From Eledone cirrhosa (taxonomy: Eukaryota), in NCBI GenBank assembly GCA_964016885.1, contig OZ024740.1, positions 249,674,001 to 249,738,000 of the forward strand: 64,000 nt of DNA. Reading direction: 5' to 3'. A program made the position numbers and the translations under genes. Below, piece after piece: positions 12,105 through 25,787 of the stretch. The notes under the pieces were generated by a model that saw only the letters and a list, made by a program, of their open reading frames with translations, had not been told where the DNA came from and ran no database searches. The stretch's first letter is position 1. Every line of letters starts with the position of its first letter.

Positions 12105-12982
12105 GCTCCACTGCTAATTTGGTCACCCAGGTAGCAAAAGCTGTCTATTGTTTCTACAGAGCCTTCATAGAATTTGATAATGCTTGTTTCTTGCTATTTA
12201 TTGACCTGGTGCAGCTGCTACATTCTTAGCTAGACTTTCTGAGATCCCACTACAGCTCTTGTGTATCCATAGTTTGCATTTGGGACAGAGGATGGAGTTC
12301 CTACCTACACCTTTCCTACATATAGAGCAAGGCCATTTTCTTGAGGGGATCAAGGTTCTGTTTTCTCGTCTACTTACAAGGACCTTAGTCTTTGTCAGGT
12401 TGATTTTGAGATCCCTTCTTTCTAGTCCCTGCTTCCATGTTTGGAATTTCTTCTCTAGTTCCACCATAGATTCAGCTATGAGTGTAAGATCATCTGCTCA
12501 CAGGAGTTCCCATGGGCATCCAGTCTTAAACTCCTCTGTTATAGCCTGCAGTACTATAATATAAGGAGAGGGGTAAGAACAGAGCCCTGGTGGACACCAA
12601 CCTGTACGCTAATTTCCTCACTAGAGTCATTGTTAATCCTAACTTTGCTGATTGACTGGTCCCCTATACATGGCTTGTACAGCTTTCACAAGCTATTCAT
12701 CTACTCCTAGTTTTCTATGGGCTCACCAGATTACAGCACAGGGCACTCTGTTGAAAGTTTTTTCCAGATTTACAAATGACCGGTAGAGTGGCTTACTTTT
12801 AGCTAGGTACTTTTTCTGTAACTGCCTCATCAGGAAGAGAGCATCTGTGGTGCTTCTGCCTGGTATAAATCCGAATTGCATCTCATCTAGATTTACCCAA
12901 TCCCTAATCAGCTGTTCTATGACTCTTTCTGTTACTTTCATTACCTGGTCCATCAGTTTGATGCCTTTATAGTTTCCTCTAT
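12105..12982 (-). mobile_element. RTE-type LINE RT fragment
   Basis: QFGFIPGRSTTDA, FVNLEKTFNRVP, GVHQGS, CSICRKGVGRNS; stops and frameshifts. Confidence 0.9.
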
Positions 12983-12999
12983 TATTAAATTTACATGTG

Positions 13000-13131
13000 C
13001 AGCACTCACTGTAAATGAGGTTGGTGTTAGGAAGGGCATCCAGCTGTAGAAATCAAGCCAGAATCAGTTCCCGTCCCACCCTTGCAAGCAGGGAAAAGCG
13101 GACGTAAAATGATGATGATGATGATGATGAT
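13000..13131 (+). mobile_element. LINE 3' tail fragment ending in (GAT)n
   Basis: TTGGTGTTAGGAAGGGCATCCAGCTGTAGAAA...(GAT)n, shared with the 3' UTRs at 16860-17040 and 27350-27518. A near-identical inverted copy lies at 18059-18186. Confidence 0.8.
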
Positions 13132-13689
13132 ATATATATATATATATATATATATACCCATAAATCTTTCGTTTTACAGATATTTCTCTTTTCCCCAATT
13201 TGAAAATGTGCTGTATACATTATTATTGTTATTTGTTTTATTTTCCCCAACTTATATTTGTCTATTTACGAAATGAACCACGTTGCCCCCCCCACCCCCC
13301 CACCTCCTCAACTGTCTTTGAAATCATCCAAATCAATCTATGATTTAGTTGGTGACCATCTTCAAAACTCCTGCACACTTGCCTTGCCGAATGTGCCCAC
13401 TTGCATCTGCTTATTTTCCCCCGAATCTTCAACGACGAAATACGCCATGATGGCTACCTATATCCCCCCCCCCCCCCACTATAGGCTTTTCGACTAATCA
13501 AACCACAGCAACATATCCTCGCCCATTTCCCACGTCAACAAATTCTTCCATTACTACTACCACCTTTTCTATCTCTGTCCCAAAGAAATTTCTGTTCATC
13601 ATTATCTATGGATGAGCTGAGGTTGAACAACCCCGAATAAATAAATGAATATGAATCCACGCATTACCAAGCGTGCATGTGACGCCTCA

Positions 13690-16600
13690 ACTCAGAGACA
13701 GAAAGCATACACACTCGCCCGCAAAAATTTACCCTTTCTCACTAGTGACAGCAAATGCCCAAAACTCTGAGCTGGCACCATCAATGTAAGCACAATGAAA
13801 GGAAGAGCAGGAGAAATCGTAGAGATGTTAGAGCGGAAGGAAATCGATGTAAGCTGCATGTAAGAAACTAGTTGGAGAGGAGAGTCCACTAGAGTGCTTG
13901 TAAGTAAAAATCAGTGCTATAAATTTTTCTGGGTGGGAAATGACAACAGTTTGGGTGGTGTAGGTATACTATTAGCTGACAAAGGGGTAGATAAGGTAAT
14001 CTCAGTGAACAGAGTGAACGCAAGAATCATTAAACTCAGACTAGTCCTAAATAAAACAATTGCCACAATCGTATCAGCTTACGCACCACAATCGGGATTG
14101 CCAGACAAACTTAAGGATAGGTTTTACGAGTCCTTAATGCACACCACTGCCCTAACAAATGACTGACTTCCTAATCATTGCAGGGGACTTTAACGGACTG
14201 TGATGGCTTCTATAGAGTCCATGGAGGCTATGGGTTTGGCGAAATGAAGAAGGCTTCAGGCTTCTAGAATTCTGCGATGCCAATGACATGTCGATATGTA
14301 ACACAAACTTCAAAAAACCCGGCAACCATCTGATCACCTATAGATCAGGGGAGTATTCTTGTCAGATAGATTTTATCCTCATCAGATGACGAGATAGACA
14401 GTTGGTTGTAAACACAAAATCCTTCCCTGGTGAGGAATGTACCTCCCAACATAACTTAGTTGTCAGCGACCTCATTGTCAGAACTAGATGAGCATGGAAA
14501 CAGAAGGCAACCTGGAGAAGAAAGATCTGGAAGCTGAAAGACCCCTCAGCCAGTAACAGATTTAAAGATATCTTACTCAACGCTTATGACAGTAAAGAAG
14601 AACAGATAGAGACATTCAATGTAGAAGAGCACTGGGAGTTCCTAAAAAATAACTTACTAAAGGCGACGGGCGAGATTTGTGGTTCGAGCAAGTCCACAGG
14701 GAGGAGGAGAGTGACTTGGTGGTGGAACAATAAGGTAGATGAGGTAGTTAAGGCTAAGAGACAGACATGGAAACAATGTAAGAATGGGGGAAGCAGGCGT
14801 ACATTACATAGAGACCAGGAGGGGAGTTAGGCGACAAGTATATTTAGCTAGAAGGGAAGCGGAGGATAGAAAATTCAAGCCTGTTTTACAGCGTGAGGAC
14901 CAGAAACAGGAGGTGTTCAGGATTGCAAGGCAGTGTGTTAGAGAAAATTGTGATATCATTAGTGAAAAGTGTGTCTGAGATGATAAAGGCATACTTGCCC
15001 TCACAAGTGCTGAGAAGAAAGCTGTGTGGAAGAGCCATTATGAAAGATTACTAAGTGAGGAGAATGCATGGGAGAAAGAGACCCTACCCCAAGTGGACCC
15101 TATAGAGGGGCCAGCAATACAAGTCAGTAGCAGCGTAGTAAGTAAGGCAAATAAAGATATGAAGACAGGGAAGGCAATTGGTCCATCGGGTATAGCTGCC
15201 GAGATGCTGAAACCATCTGGGTCGGTGTCACACCATAACCACAAGTATTGTTAACCAGGTAATACTAGAGGGTATCATACCAAAGGATTGGTGCAGCAGC
15301 ATCATTGTCAACTGCTACAAGGGTAAAGGAGATGCACTAGATAGAGGAAACTATAGAGGTATAAAGCTGATGGACCAGGTCATGAAAGTAATGGAAAGAG
15401 TTATAGCACTGCTGAGATGCAGTTCGGGTTTGTGCCAGGAAAAAGTACCACTGATGCTCTCTTCCTTGTGAGGCAGTTACAGCTCTACCTGGTGATCTAG
15501 AAAAAGCCTTCGACAGAGTGCCCCATGCTATAATGGGCTTTTAGAAAACTAGGAGTAGATGAATGACTTGTAAAGGCTGTACAAGCCATGTATAGGGGTG
15601 CAGTCAGCAAAGTTAGGGTTAACATAGTCATTGTTAACCCTAACTTTTCTGACTGCTCCCCTATACATGGCTTGTACAATGAGGTCCCCTATACATGGCT
15701 GACAATGAGCTCGCTGACAACTAGGTTATGTTGGGAGGTAGTACTACAGGCTACAACAGAGGAGTTTAAGACCGGATGTCCATGGTAACTTCTGTATGTG
15801 GATAATCTTACACTTATCACTGAATCTATGGTGGAACTAGAGAAGAAATTGCAGAGTCAACCTGACAAAGACTAAGGTCCTCATAAGTAGATGGGAAAAC
15901 AGAACACAGATCCCCTCAGGGAAATAGCCTTGTTTAGTATGCAGGAAAGGTGTAGGTAGAAATTCCATCCTCTGTCCCAAATGCAAACTATGGGTGCACA
16001 AGAGATGTAGTAGGATCTCAGGAAGTCTAGCTAAGAATGTAGGCTTTACATGTAGCAGTTGTACTGGGACAGCAAGCAGCAAATGGCCACAGGAGACAAG
16101 CGTTATCACATTCTGGGAGGACTCAGTAGAAACAGTAGACAGCTTTTGCTACCTGAGTGGCTGAATTAGCAGTGGAGGTGGGTGTTCTGAAAAGATAGTA
16201 ACCAGGGTAAGAACGGGATGGAAGAAGTTCAAAGAGCTACTACCACTGCTAGCTACAAAAGGCTTTTCTCTCAAAATGAAAGGCAGACCGTATGATGTGT
16301 GCATACGAACAACAATGTTACATGGTAGTGAGACCTGGGTGTTGTGTGCAGAAGACTTGCATAGATTAGAAAGAAACAAAGCTTGCATGTTCCAATGGAT
16401 ATGTAATAGTAATATACATGAACAGCAAAGCATAAATGAATTACAAGAGAGACTTAGCATAAGAGGAATAAAATGTTGTGTGCAGGAGAGGAGATTGTGT
16501 TGGTATGGACATGTGATGCATATAAAGGATAACAATTGCATAAAAAGGTGCAGTGCATTAAAAGTCGATGGAAGCATTGGAGTGGAGAGACCCAAGAAGA

Positions 16601-17038
16601 CCTGGGATGAGGTGATAAAAACTGACCTCGCCCAATTGCACCTCTCAAAGGTGATGACACAGGACTGAGACCCCTGGCATTACGCAGTAATACAGAAAAC
16701 CTGAGTTCCCACAGGTTCAAGCTGAAGCTGAAGCATATAGACAATATGCCCCCATGCCCCTTTGCTGTAAAGTGGTCATGTATGTGTCATGACAAAAAGA
16801 ACCCAGTCCACTCTGTAAAGTGGTTGTGTAGGCGCCACGGTAAAAAAGCACCCAGTACTCACTGTAAATGAGGTTGGTGTTAGGAAGGGAATCCAGTTGT
16901 AGAAACCGAGCCCAAATTAGTCCTATATGAGCAAGGCACGTTCACCTGACCTGGCATTGCCCACAACAAGACAACCCGTCTAACCCATGCTAGTGTGGAG
17001 ACATTGACATAAAACAGTGATGATGATGATGATGATGA

Positions 17039-17040
<2 letters not shown>
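13690..17040 (+). mobile_element. RTE-type LINE, near full-length, degenerate (APE + RT + Cys-rich finger, (GAT)n tail)
   Basis: GTINVSTM, ETSWRG, SAYAPQ, AGDFN, QIDFIL, SQHNLV (APE); RT motifs; RLCWYGHVM..RPKKTW; tandem-repeat tail. Confidence 0.92.
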
Positions 17041-17069
<29 letters not shown>

Positions 17070-17079
17070 ATATATATAT

Positions 17080-18036
17080 GGGATCACAGGCAAGCTATAT
17101 CAGCATGTAGATTTTATATGTGGCCGATGCTCAGGTGCAATAAGTAGCAAATGCTGGACAAGTAGAAATAGTGGACAATTTCCATTACCTGGGTGACAAA
17201 ATCAGCAGTGGTGGAGGGTGCTCTGAAAGTACAGTAGCCAGAGTTAGAACGGGATGGAAAAAGTTCAGAGAGCTAATATCTGTTGGCCACAAAAGGATTC
17301 TCTCTAAAAATGAAAGGCAGATTATATGATGGTTGTATATGAACAGCAATGTGACATGGCAGTGAGACCTGGGCATTGTGTGCAAAGGACCTGTGCAGAT
17401 TTGAAAGGAACGAAGCATGCATGCTCCGCTGGATGTGTAATAGTAATATACATGAACGGCAAAACATAAATAAACTAAGTGAGAAATTAGGAATAAGAGG
17501 GATCAGATGCTGTTTACTTGAGAGATTACGTTGGTATGGTCACGTGATGTGCATGAAAGATGACAGAAAAACGTGGGACGACATGATAAAATCTGACCTT
17601 ACACACTTACACCTCTCTAAGACAATGTCAGTGGATCGAGACCTTTGGTGCTACTCAATAATACAGAAGAACCGCCTTCCCTATGTATAAAGTTAAACCT
17701 ATAATGAGTAGGCATCTCTTAACCAAATATACACTCCAACCCACTACTCCTATTCCATCCCCCCACTCCCACCAACACCACCCTTTCTTTGTAAAGTTAT
17801 GTTGGTACCACAACATCCAGTCCAAACTAAAGAGGTTGTGTAGGTGTCACAACAAAAAGCACCCAGTCCACGCTGTAAAGTGGTTGGTGTTAGGAAGGGC
17901 ATCTAGCTGTAGAAAACCTGCTAGATACAGTCCTATATGAGCGAGATACGGTCATCCGATCAATCTTGCCTCAAGTGGGACAATTCCCATCTAACCTATG
18001 CTAGTGTTGAAGATAGACGTTAAACGATGATGATGA
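17080..18036 (+). mobile_element. 5'-truncated RTE-type LINE
   Basis: HGSETW, RLRWYGHVM, 3' UTR and (GAT)n tail. Confidence 0.88.
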
Positions 18037-18058
18037 TATATATATACATATATATATA

Positions 18059-18228
18059 TCATCATCATCATCATTTCATTTTACGTCCGCTTTTTCCCTG
18101 CTTGCAAGGGTGGGACGGGAACTGATTCTGGCTTGATTTCTACAGCTGGATGCTCTTCCTAACACCAACCTTATTTACAGCGAGTGGTGGGTGCTTTTTT
18201 GCCGTAGCACCTCCACGACCACTTTCCA
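18059..18228 (-). mobile_element. LINE 3' tail fragment
   Basis: (CAT)n followed by the reverse complement of 13005-13110. Confidence 0.8.
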
Positions 18229-18711
18229 AATATATATACATATATATAATAGAATAATCGAGTATCGGAAAATCAGCTCACGAATTTACGATAAACAAAT
18301 CCGACATGAGTGGCAGAGGGCTCAATAATTCAGATAAATCAGAGCTATAACTATCGTTAAGATACCAACACACAAAGATTATGCCTAAAATCACCCGTGC
18401 AGCCGAAAAATAACGACCAGGAAGATTCGGGTCACTCAGATAAAATATCAATAAATCAATAATTTATATGAATGTAAAAACTTACCCGGACCCACTAGAA
18501 AGGTGGTAAATCTAGCTTCTTGGGTTTCTGCTATTCCTTAATCCGCCCCCTATCAGCCCACATAAAAATATATAAGACTTCTAGGGAGAGGAGGGACCGG
18601 AACAACTTTATCAACGGGTCATGTCCGACGAATGAAGAAGTTAACTATAGCTAGACGCACATGGAGTCCAGCAAGGGAGATAACCTCTATATTCGCGAAA
18701 GATAATCGGTA

Positions 18712-18789
<78 letters not shown>

Positions 18790-18929
18790 ATTAGAATACT
18801 GGAGCGTGTTTGAGTCAAACACCCTCTTCGTATTATAGAAATGACAGTAAAAGGTATAGCTCAATGCAGTTAAACAGAGCCAAAAATTTAAGAGAGTAAA
18901 ACAAAGTATCCTTTAAAAAGTTTTTATTA

Positions 18930-18967
18930 GCCGACAATGTTTCGTCCTGTTAAGGACTCATCAGGGC
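18930..18967 (-). ncRNA. Type I minimal hammerhead ribozyme
   Basis: GCC-CTGATGA-GTCCT-TAAC-AGGAC-GAAA-CATTG-TC-GGC: canonical core, GUC cleavage triplet. Confidence 0.92.
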
Positions 18968-20884
18968 AATCAAAACAACAAGAGGTAATATCGGCAGATA
19001 CAAGCCAGAAACTCTGAAGAATATGGAGTGTACATACACTAATGTCTTACAAAAATATATGATAATAAAAATGAAAATAAAGATAAAAATAATAAAAATA
19101 TATAATAAGAATAACTAAGGATGTAGATAACATTAAGAACCATATTACAAATATAGTCCAACGCAACCAACCTAAATCTAAACAAATTTGGTTATATAGA
19201 GCAGGAATTATATATAACACAATATAATACATTATAATAATAATATACTTTTACCAACATTAAAATTCCAAATTAGAAATCAAAAGGTACAATATATACA
19301 TGTATATATGTGCGCACACACACACACACACACACACACTCACATATAACAACCCACACATCTATGTTCGACTACACAAAAATTAAGCCCTATTAGAAGT
19401 TTGAATATTAAAAATAAGCATGGTAAGAGTGAAAATAATACCAATACATCTACCCAATATACATGATATAATTACAAGAAACACATATAACAAATAATAA
19501 ACAACAAAATTATATAATTCAATATAAAATAGATAATCCCCGGTTAATTTACAGAAACAATATAGATGTCACAATAAAATACAATGATAAAACGTTAACA
19601 GTGTATTAACAAGTACCAAAAACAATATATACAAATTGATTCATACTGGGTTACAGAATAAATGAGGAAATATAGATTATATAATACTCAAAAAAACTAT
19701 AATGGTACAGGGAAAAATTATGATGTTACAGAAAAAATATGATGTTACAGAAAAAATATGATGTTACAGAAAAAAATATATATACAGACATCTAACATGA
19801 TATGTAAAGTCTAAATATCATAATGTTACATATTACAATATTACAAAAATCCAGACATCTTACATGATATATAAAGTTTAAATATCATAATGTTACATAT
19901 AATGAACAGTAAGTAATAAGGATCAATATTACATATAATATAATATAATATATTATAAAATTGGCATAAAATATATAAATACTTATAATTACAAGGTTAG
20001 TAGACAGACATATGTGGATGAGTGAGCGAAGCCAGACAGTGAATAGTAAATAGAATATAGAATAAAACAAATAAATACAATCAACCGGAAATTACAAAAC
20101 AAAAGCAAATGTATACACATTTAGGCCTCGCGTGCATTTAAGAAATTAGGTAAACACTAAGGAAAGCAATTAGGTAAACACTAAGGAAAGCAATCATTTT
20201 AATTGACTCTAAACCCTATTTGATAAATTAATATTAAAAATATCGAACCCGTCCAATAAGGTAGTATAATATTAGCTGTAGTTTAAGTCATTAAAGTATA
20301 TAAACTTTAATGTATCGTTACAAATGTTTACAAAAAGGAATAAAATTATACTATCATATACGCAACGATATCTAAAAAACTGACTTAAGTAGAATTAAGG
20401 TAGGCTAATGGGGACAGAATTGACGAAATATATGGAGGGTGCGAAGTGGCATAAAATATATTCGATATACTATAATAAATAATAGAACGGAGCATAAAAG
20501 AGGGGGGGATTTAAATATAATCATATTCAATCTGGAGGGGTTGACAATAAGTTTATGTGCGCATGGGGGGAGGCGGGGAAGGGGGGTGGGGGTTGTCGAT
20601 AGATAAATCAGAATAGACTTAGAAATAAAAATAGAATTAAAAATAAAATTAAAATTAAAATTAAAGTTAATAATAAAAAAATATAAAGATAATAGAATAA
20701 CGTAAGTGGCGTAAAGTGTGTAATCTTATGTATACTAACAAGGTGTAATAGTGAAGACATAGATATGGTACAGTAGCCAAATGATTATGAGAGCTAGAAT
20801 GAAGAGTCATCAAAAACCAATGATAACATTAATGTTGGCAAATAAAAGAACCCAAACAAAAAACTAAGTAATGGAATATATCTG

Positions 20885-23437
20885 CTAATGGGTACAATTT
20901 GTACTACTAGAACATTTGGGTTTATAATAAAAATAAGAATTAGAAATGGCATGGGGGCAAGAAGAGAATATCTCAGACTTTCTATTCAGTAAGGGTACGC
21001 TAGAGAAAATAATAGAGTGTGTCTCAAGTATACAGAGATTACAAAACTTACTATGTGCAGAAAGGTGGTTAGATCGTGCTACTAAACTCCAGTTAAGGCT
21101 ATATGGTATATAAGCTCCCTTAAGATCCCAGATATAATGCGCTAAAGAGGTAGAATTCTTAAACCTAACATGTTTGAAGTTAGAGATATGAGAGTTAAAC
21201 CTAGTCTTAAAAGTGTTTGAAGTAGATCCTATATACGTTCTTTTAGAGGAATTAGTTATAACCTCGCAAGCGTAGACAATGTTCTTAAAAAGGCAGTTAC
21301 CGTTTAGAGGGCAGTTAGCACTCACTCTACAATTGCACTTCCGGGTGTTATTGGTTGGCTCGAGTGGTGATGTATTACACGTAGGACCTCTATTAGATAA
21401 GGGCTGTTCTGGTGGTAAAGCATTGTCCGATCCATTCAGACTAGTAGTATGTAGAGAGGAGAATCCATCCCTAATTTTCCTATTATTAGTGCTAGCTAAA
21501 TGAGAACTAATATTAGGGGTGGTAGAGAATGAGAGTTTAATAACATTTTTATTAAAAATACCATGGTATTTGTGAGAAGGGGGGAAATTTTTCTCTAAGA
21601 TAGTGAAGAAAGACCTAGGGATATTAGTTGATACATCCTGATTATATGGCGGGTTGAAATAAGTATTTAATCGCCTTCTATTTTTATTTTTATTCTTATC
21701 GATCCTACCTCTATCAAATGTCCCACCGTCGAGACTAGAGTTACTATCGGGAATAGTTGAAACCACATTCATAGAATCAGCCATAATTTCGTTATGCCTA
21801 TTATAGTTTCTACCTCCAGTAGATCTGCTGCTGTCCGGAATCCCTACAAGAGGATTAAGGCCAATGATAGGATCAGTAGGAGCAACATTATTAGAATAAG
21901 ATCCAGCCAAACCAACACTAGTGCGTGAGCGCACAGGGGGCTCGACTTGTCTCCTAGAGGTATTATATTTGCTATTACGAGTCCGGTGGGATAACTCATG
22001 GGTGGGTTCAGATACTCCTATATAAGTTCTACGGTTACTATGTTTGCTACTCCAATTCATGGCCATGTTATGTGATATAATGTTATTATTATTAAGAGTA
22101 AGCGGAAACTTTCTAAGGTTACTATTATTATAATTTATTTTACTAGAGTGACCTGAATTTGCTAGGGCATTATTGTAGTACTCCGCATGTTCATTAAAAG
22201 TTCCTATGTCCTTAGATAGTGTAGAAACGCCCTTAATTATAGAGTTTATCATAGACTTAGGGTGGTTAGAGTTGGGGCTAACATAAGAAAGAATTTCATT
22301 AGGCTTATGGAAGGGTTTAAAACTATTAGTGGCCAAGTCCAAAGTCACATCTAAAAAGTTAACCGCTCTATCATTTCTATCTATCGTGATTGAAAGGTTG
22401 TAGCTTTTAAAAAACCTATAAAGCTTCTTCTTATTATGTTCTACATTGTTGGTACTAGAGTTAATTACAAACAATGCATCATCACGATATAGTCCGCCTA
22501 TAAGGTGCGGGAAGGTAGCGTATAGTTCATTAAGGAGGAACAACCCAACAAGATCAGTAACCTGGGCCGAATCACTCGAACCCATTGTAACGTCGAAATT
22601 ATTGGGCGTGTTTTTACGGGTCCAAAATATGTCCTCAAATTTAATAATAGTTTTACGGGCTGCTAGTATAATATCTACCTGCGATCGTGTAAGGCTGGAC
22701 ACTCTCATGGCCAACATTAAGGCTTTATTGAGGAGGATGGGTGAAATTGATGTGTAGTAGGCATCAATATCGAATTGGATAAACTTATTAGATTCAAGTA
22801 TATTAATCCCAGAGAATCAATCTATAACTTCCCTAGTGTTCCCCCATAGGTTAAAATTAACCTTATCCCTAACATCTGGTATAATAAGGTCAAGGATTTT
22901 TTTACTGATAATGGCTATATCCGACTTAGAAGGACAGATAAGTCTAACTGAGGGGTTACTAATAAAATCAACCTTATGGTCCTTAAGTGTGAATCTCGGT
23001 TCTCGAGGGTAATATGGCTGGGTATACTTATCGAGTCCGAGGTCAGAGACTATTCTAAGGCCCTCACTGTTGATGTGGTTCAAATTCTCAAGCGTAGTTT
23101 TTTTATAGTTTCTATATAACTCTTTATAAATAAAATCGCGGTATGTACTATAGTCCATGGAGTATAGATTCTTAGTCTTATCTGCCGGGACCAGAATGGA
23201 CTTATTCTCACCGAAACCCTTAACAATATTTTTAAGTCTGGACTGGAATTTATCAAAATTACTATTGTTTCTATGTCTATTATTTGGCCTAAACCTAACA
23301 TTTTTGACCAGAGAGAGTAAGTCACCTTCGAAACTATCTAATAGTATGTTGTGTGGTGGGCTCTTATAAGTTTTGAAGCCGTAGTTATTAAAATTTGTTC
23401 TATTCCTGGGGTCCTTCCTATTCTGGTTTGGAGTCAA
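20885..23437 (-). pseudogene. PLE RT + GIY-YIG ORF with one premature TGA (22817-22819)
   Basis: ADKT, LKDHK, QFDIDAYYTSI, MGSSDSAQ, LYRDD, VNFLD, YFNPPY, CNCRVSANCPLNGNC, VYACEV...YIGST..FKTRFNSH. The two listed ORFs are in frame across VID*F. Confidence 0.93.
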
Positions 23438-23775
23438 TTAAAATGATTGCTTTCCTTAGTGTTTACCTAATTGCTTTCCTTAGTGTTTACCTAATTTCTT
23501 AAATGCACGCGAGGCCTAAATGTGTATACATTTGCTTTTGTTTTGTAATTTCCGGTTGATTGTATTTATTTGTTTTATTCTATATTCTATTTACTATTCA
23601 CTGTCTGGCTTCGCTCACTCATCCACATATGTCTGTCTACTAACCTTGTAATTATAAGTATTTATATATTTTATGCCAATTTTATAATATATTATATTAT
23701 ATTATATGTAATATTGATCCTTATTACTTACTGTTCATTATATGTAACATTATGATATTTAAACTTTATATATCA

Positions 23776-24651
23776 CTAGCAGTAAAGCCCGGCGTTGCTC
23801 GGGGTCGCTCAGTAGCTGTGTTAAAGTTACAATGTTAAGTTTCTTTCTTGGCTTAAAAACTGTAGTGTTTACTGTGCAGACTTGCATGTGGTGTTTTTGA
23901 TTAATATTCCCTCAACCAACAATATGCCTTATGAAGTTAAGAAAACATAACGATAACCCGAATGTTATAACAAAAGAGGATGCTAGGGATAGAAACTGCA
24001 CTGGTTATTTATTAACAAAGATCGAAAATGTAAACACTGCAACGCAGAGAAAAACATTAGCGTAACCAAATTATCAGTTATGTCTGTCTGCACGCCTATA
24101 TCACCTCTCTGCACGACTGTCTGTCTGCACGCCTATATCACCTCTCTGCACGACTATCTGTCTGCACGCGTATATCACCTCTCTGCACGACTGTCTGTCT
24201 GCACGACTGTCTGTCTGCACGCCTAACGACGAAATATTTGCTTGTTTTACGTAGTCTTTAAATAGACTTGTTTTCAAGTAAAAATATTGTTTTAAAATGC
24301 TTTTAAATGGAAATGAAGCAAAACGGAAGCTTAGTGTTCGAACTGATGAATTTTGCAGGTCAATATTTTGCTGGCTCGACAACTGTTAAAGCCAGCGTAA
24401 TTTGTTACGTAAGACGCTCAATGTAAACAAAACAAAGGGAAATAACTGATAACTTACGCTCAAAAATCGATACATTATATTCGATTTCGTCACATAGAGT
24501 GGGTCAATTTGAAATTTTTTTTTCCGATGTCTTCGCTAGGGCTCAATGTACAAGTCTAGCAATTTCGGTGCAATTCCGTGAGAGATTCTAAGAGGAGATG
24601 TGTGCCAAAAATCGATAGACAGACAGACAACCACAGTTTTATATATATAGA
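23776..24651 (-). mobile_element. Non-autonomous Helitron (876 bp)
   Basis: A|TCTATATATATAAAAC 5' end; CCCGAGCAACGCCGGG hairpin + CTAG|T; no TSD; empty A|T site preserved in the other repeat arm (~19864); internal 37-bp tandem repeat at 24082-24224. Confidence 0.95.
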
Positions 24652-25155
24652 TGTAAGATGTCTGGATTTTTGTAATATTGTAATATGTAACATTATGATA
24701 TTTAGACTTTACATATCAAGTTAGATGTCTGTATATATATTTTTTTCTGTAACATCATATTTTTTCTGTAACATCATATTTTTTCTGTAACATCATAATT
24801 TTTCCCTGTACCATTATAGTTTTTTTGAGTATTATATAATCTATATTTCCTCATTTATTCTGTAACCCAGTATGAATCAATTTGTATATATTGTTTTTGG
24901 TACTTGTTAATACACTGTTAACGTTTTATCATTGTATTTTATTGTGACATCTATATTGTTTCTGTAAATTAACCGGGGATTATCTATTTTATATTGAATT
25001 ATATAATTTTGTTGTTTATTATTTGTTATATGTGTTTCTTGTAATTATATCATGTATATTGGGTATTATTTTCACTCTTACCATGCTTATTTTTAATATT
25101 CAAACTTCTAATAGGGCTTAATTTTTGTGTAGTCGAACATAGATGTGTGGGTTGT

Positions 25156-25241
<86 letters not shown>

Positions 25242-25746
25242 CATATATACATGTATATATTGTACCTTTTGATTTCTAATTTGGAATTTTAATGTTGGTA
25301 AAAGTATATTATTATTATAATGTATTATATTGTGTTATATATAATTCCTGCTCTATATAACCAAATTTGTTTAGATTTAGGTTGGTTGCGTTGGACTATA
25401 TTTGTAATATGGTTCTTAATGTTATCTACATCCTTAGTTATTCTTATTATATATTTTTATTATTTTTATCTTTATTTTCATTTTTATTATCATATATTTT
25501 TGTAAGACATTAGTGTATGTACACTCCATATTCTTCAGAGTTTCTGGCTTGTATCTGCCGATATTACCTCTTGTTGTTTTGATTGCCCTGATTAAGGACG
25601 AAACATTGTCGGCTAATAAAAACTTTTGATGTATTAAAGGATTCTTTGTTTTACTCTCTTAATATATATATATATATATCATAAATCATGTCCTTAGAAT
25701 TATTAGATAAAATTATACCATTTCCTCTCCCAATTAGCATAATTAA

Positions 25747-25784
<38 letters not shown>

Positions 25785-25787
<3 letters not shown>

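Larger units (their letters stand above)
18889..25661 (-). mobile_element. 5'-truncated Penelope-like element (probably Hydra-type) with a ~1.3-kb inverted terminal copy
   Basis: RT-GIY-YIG ORF; ~2-kb 3' UTR ending in a hammerhead; 18889-20215 repeated inverted at 23426-25661, where a Helitron interrupts it. Confidence 0.93.

Noticed and set aside
18250-18712. Unassigned complex sequence (also 27780-28425)
   Set aside because: No motif, termini or in-window homology could be supported.
22817-22819. In-frame TGA as selenocysteine recoding (reported for Naiad PLEs)
   Set aside because: The context VID*F suggests a TGG>TGA change at Trp, not a Cys position; no SECIS was recognised.
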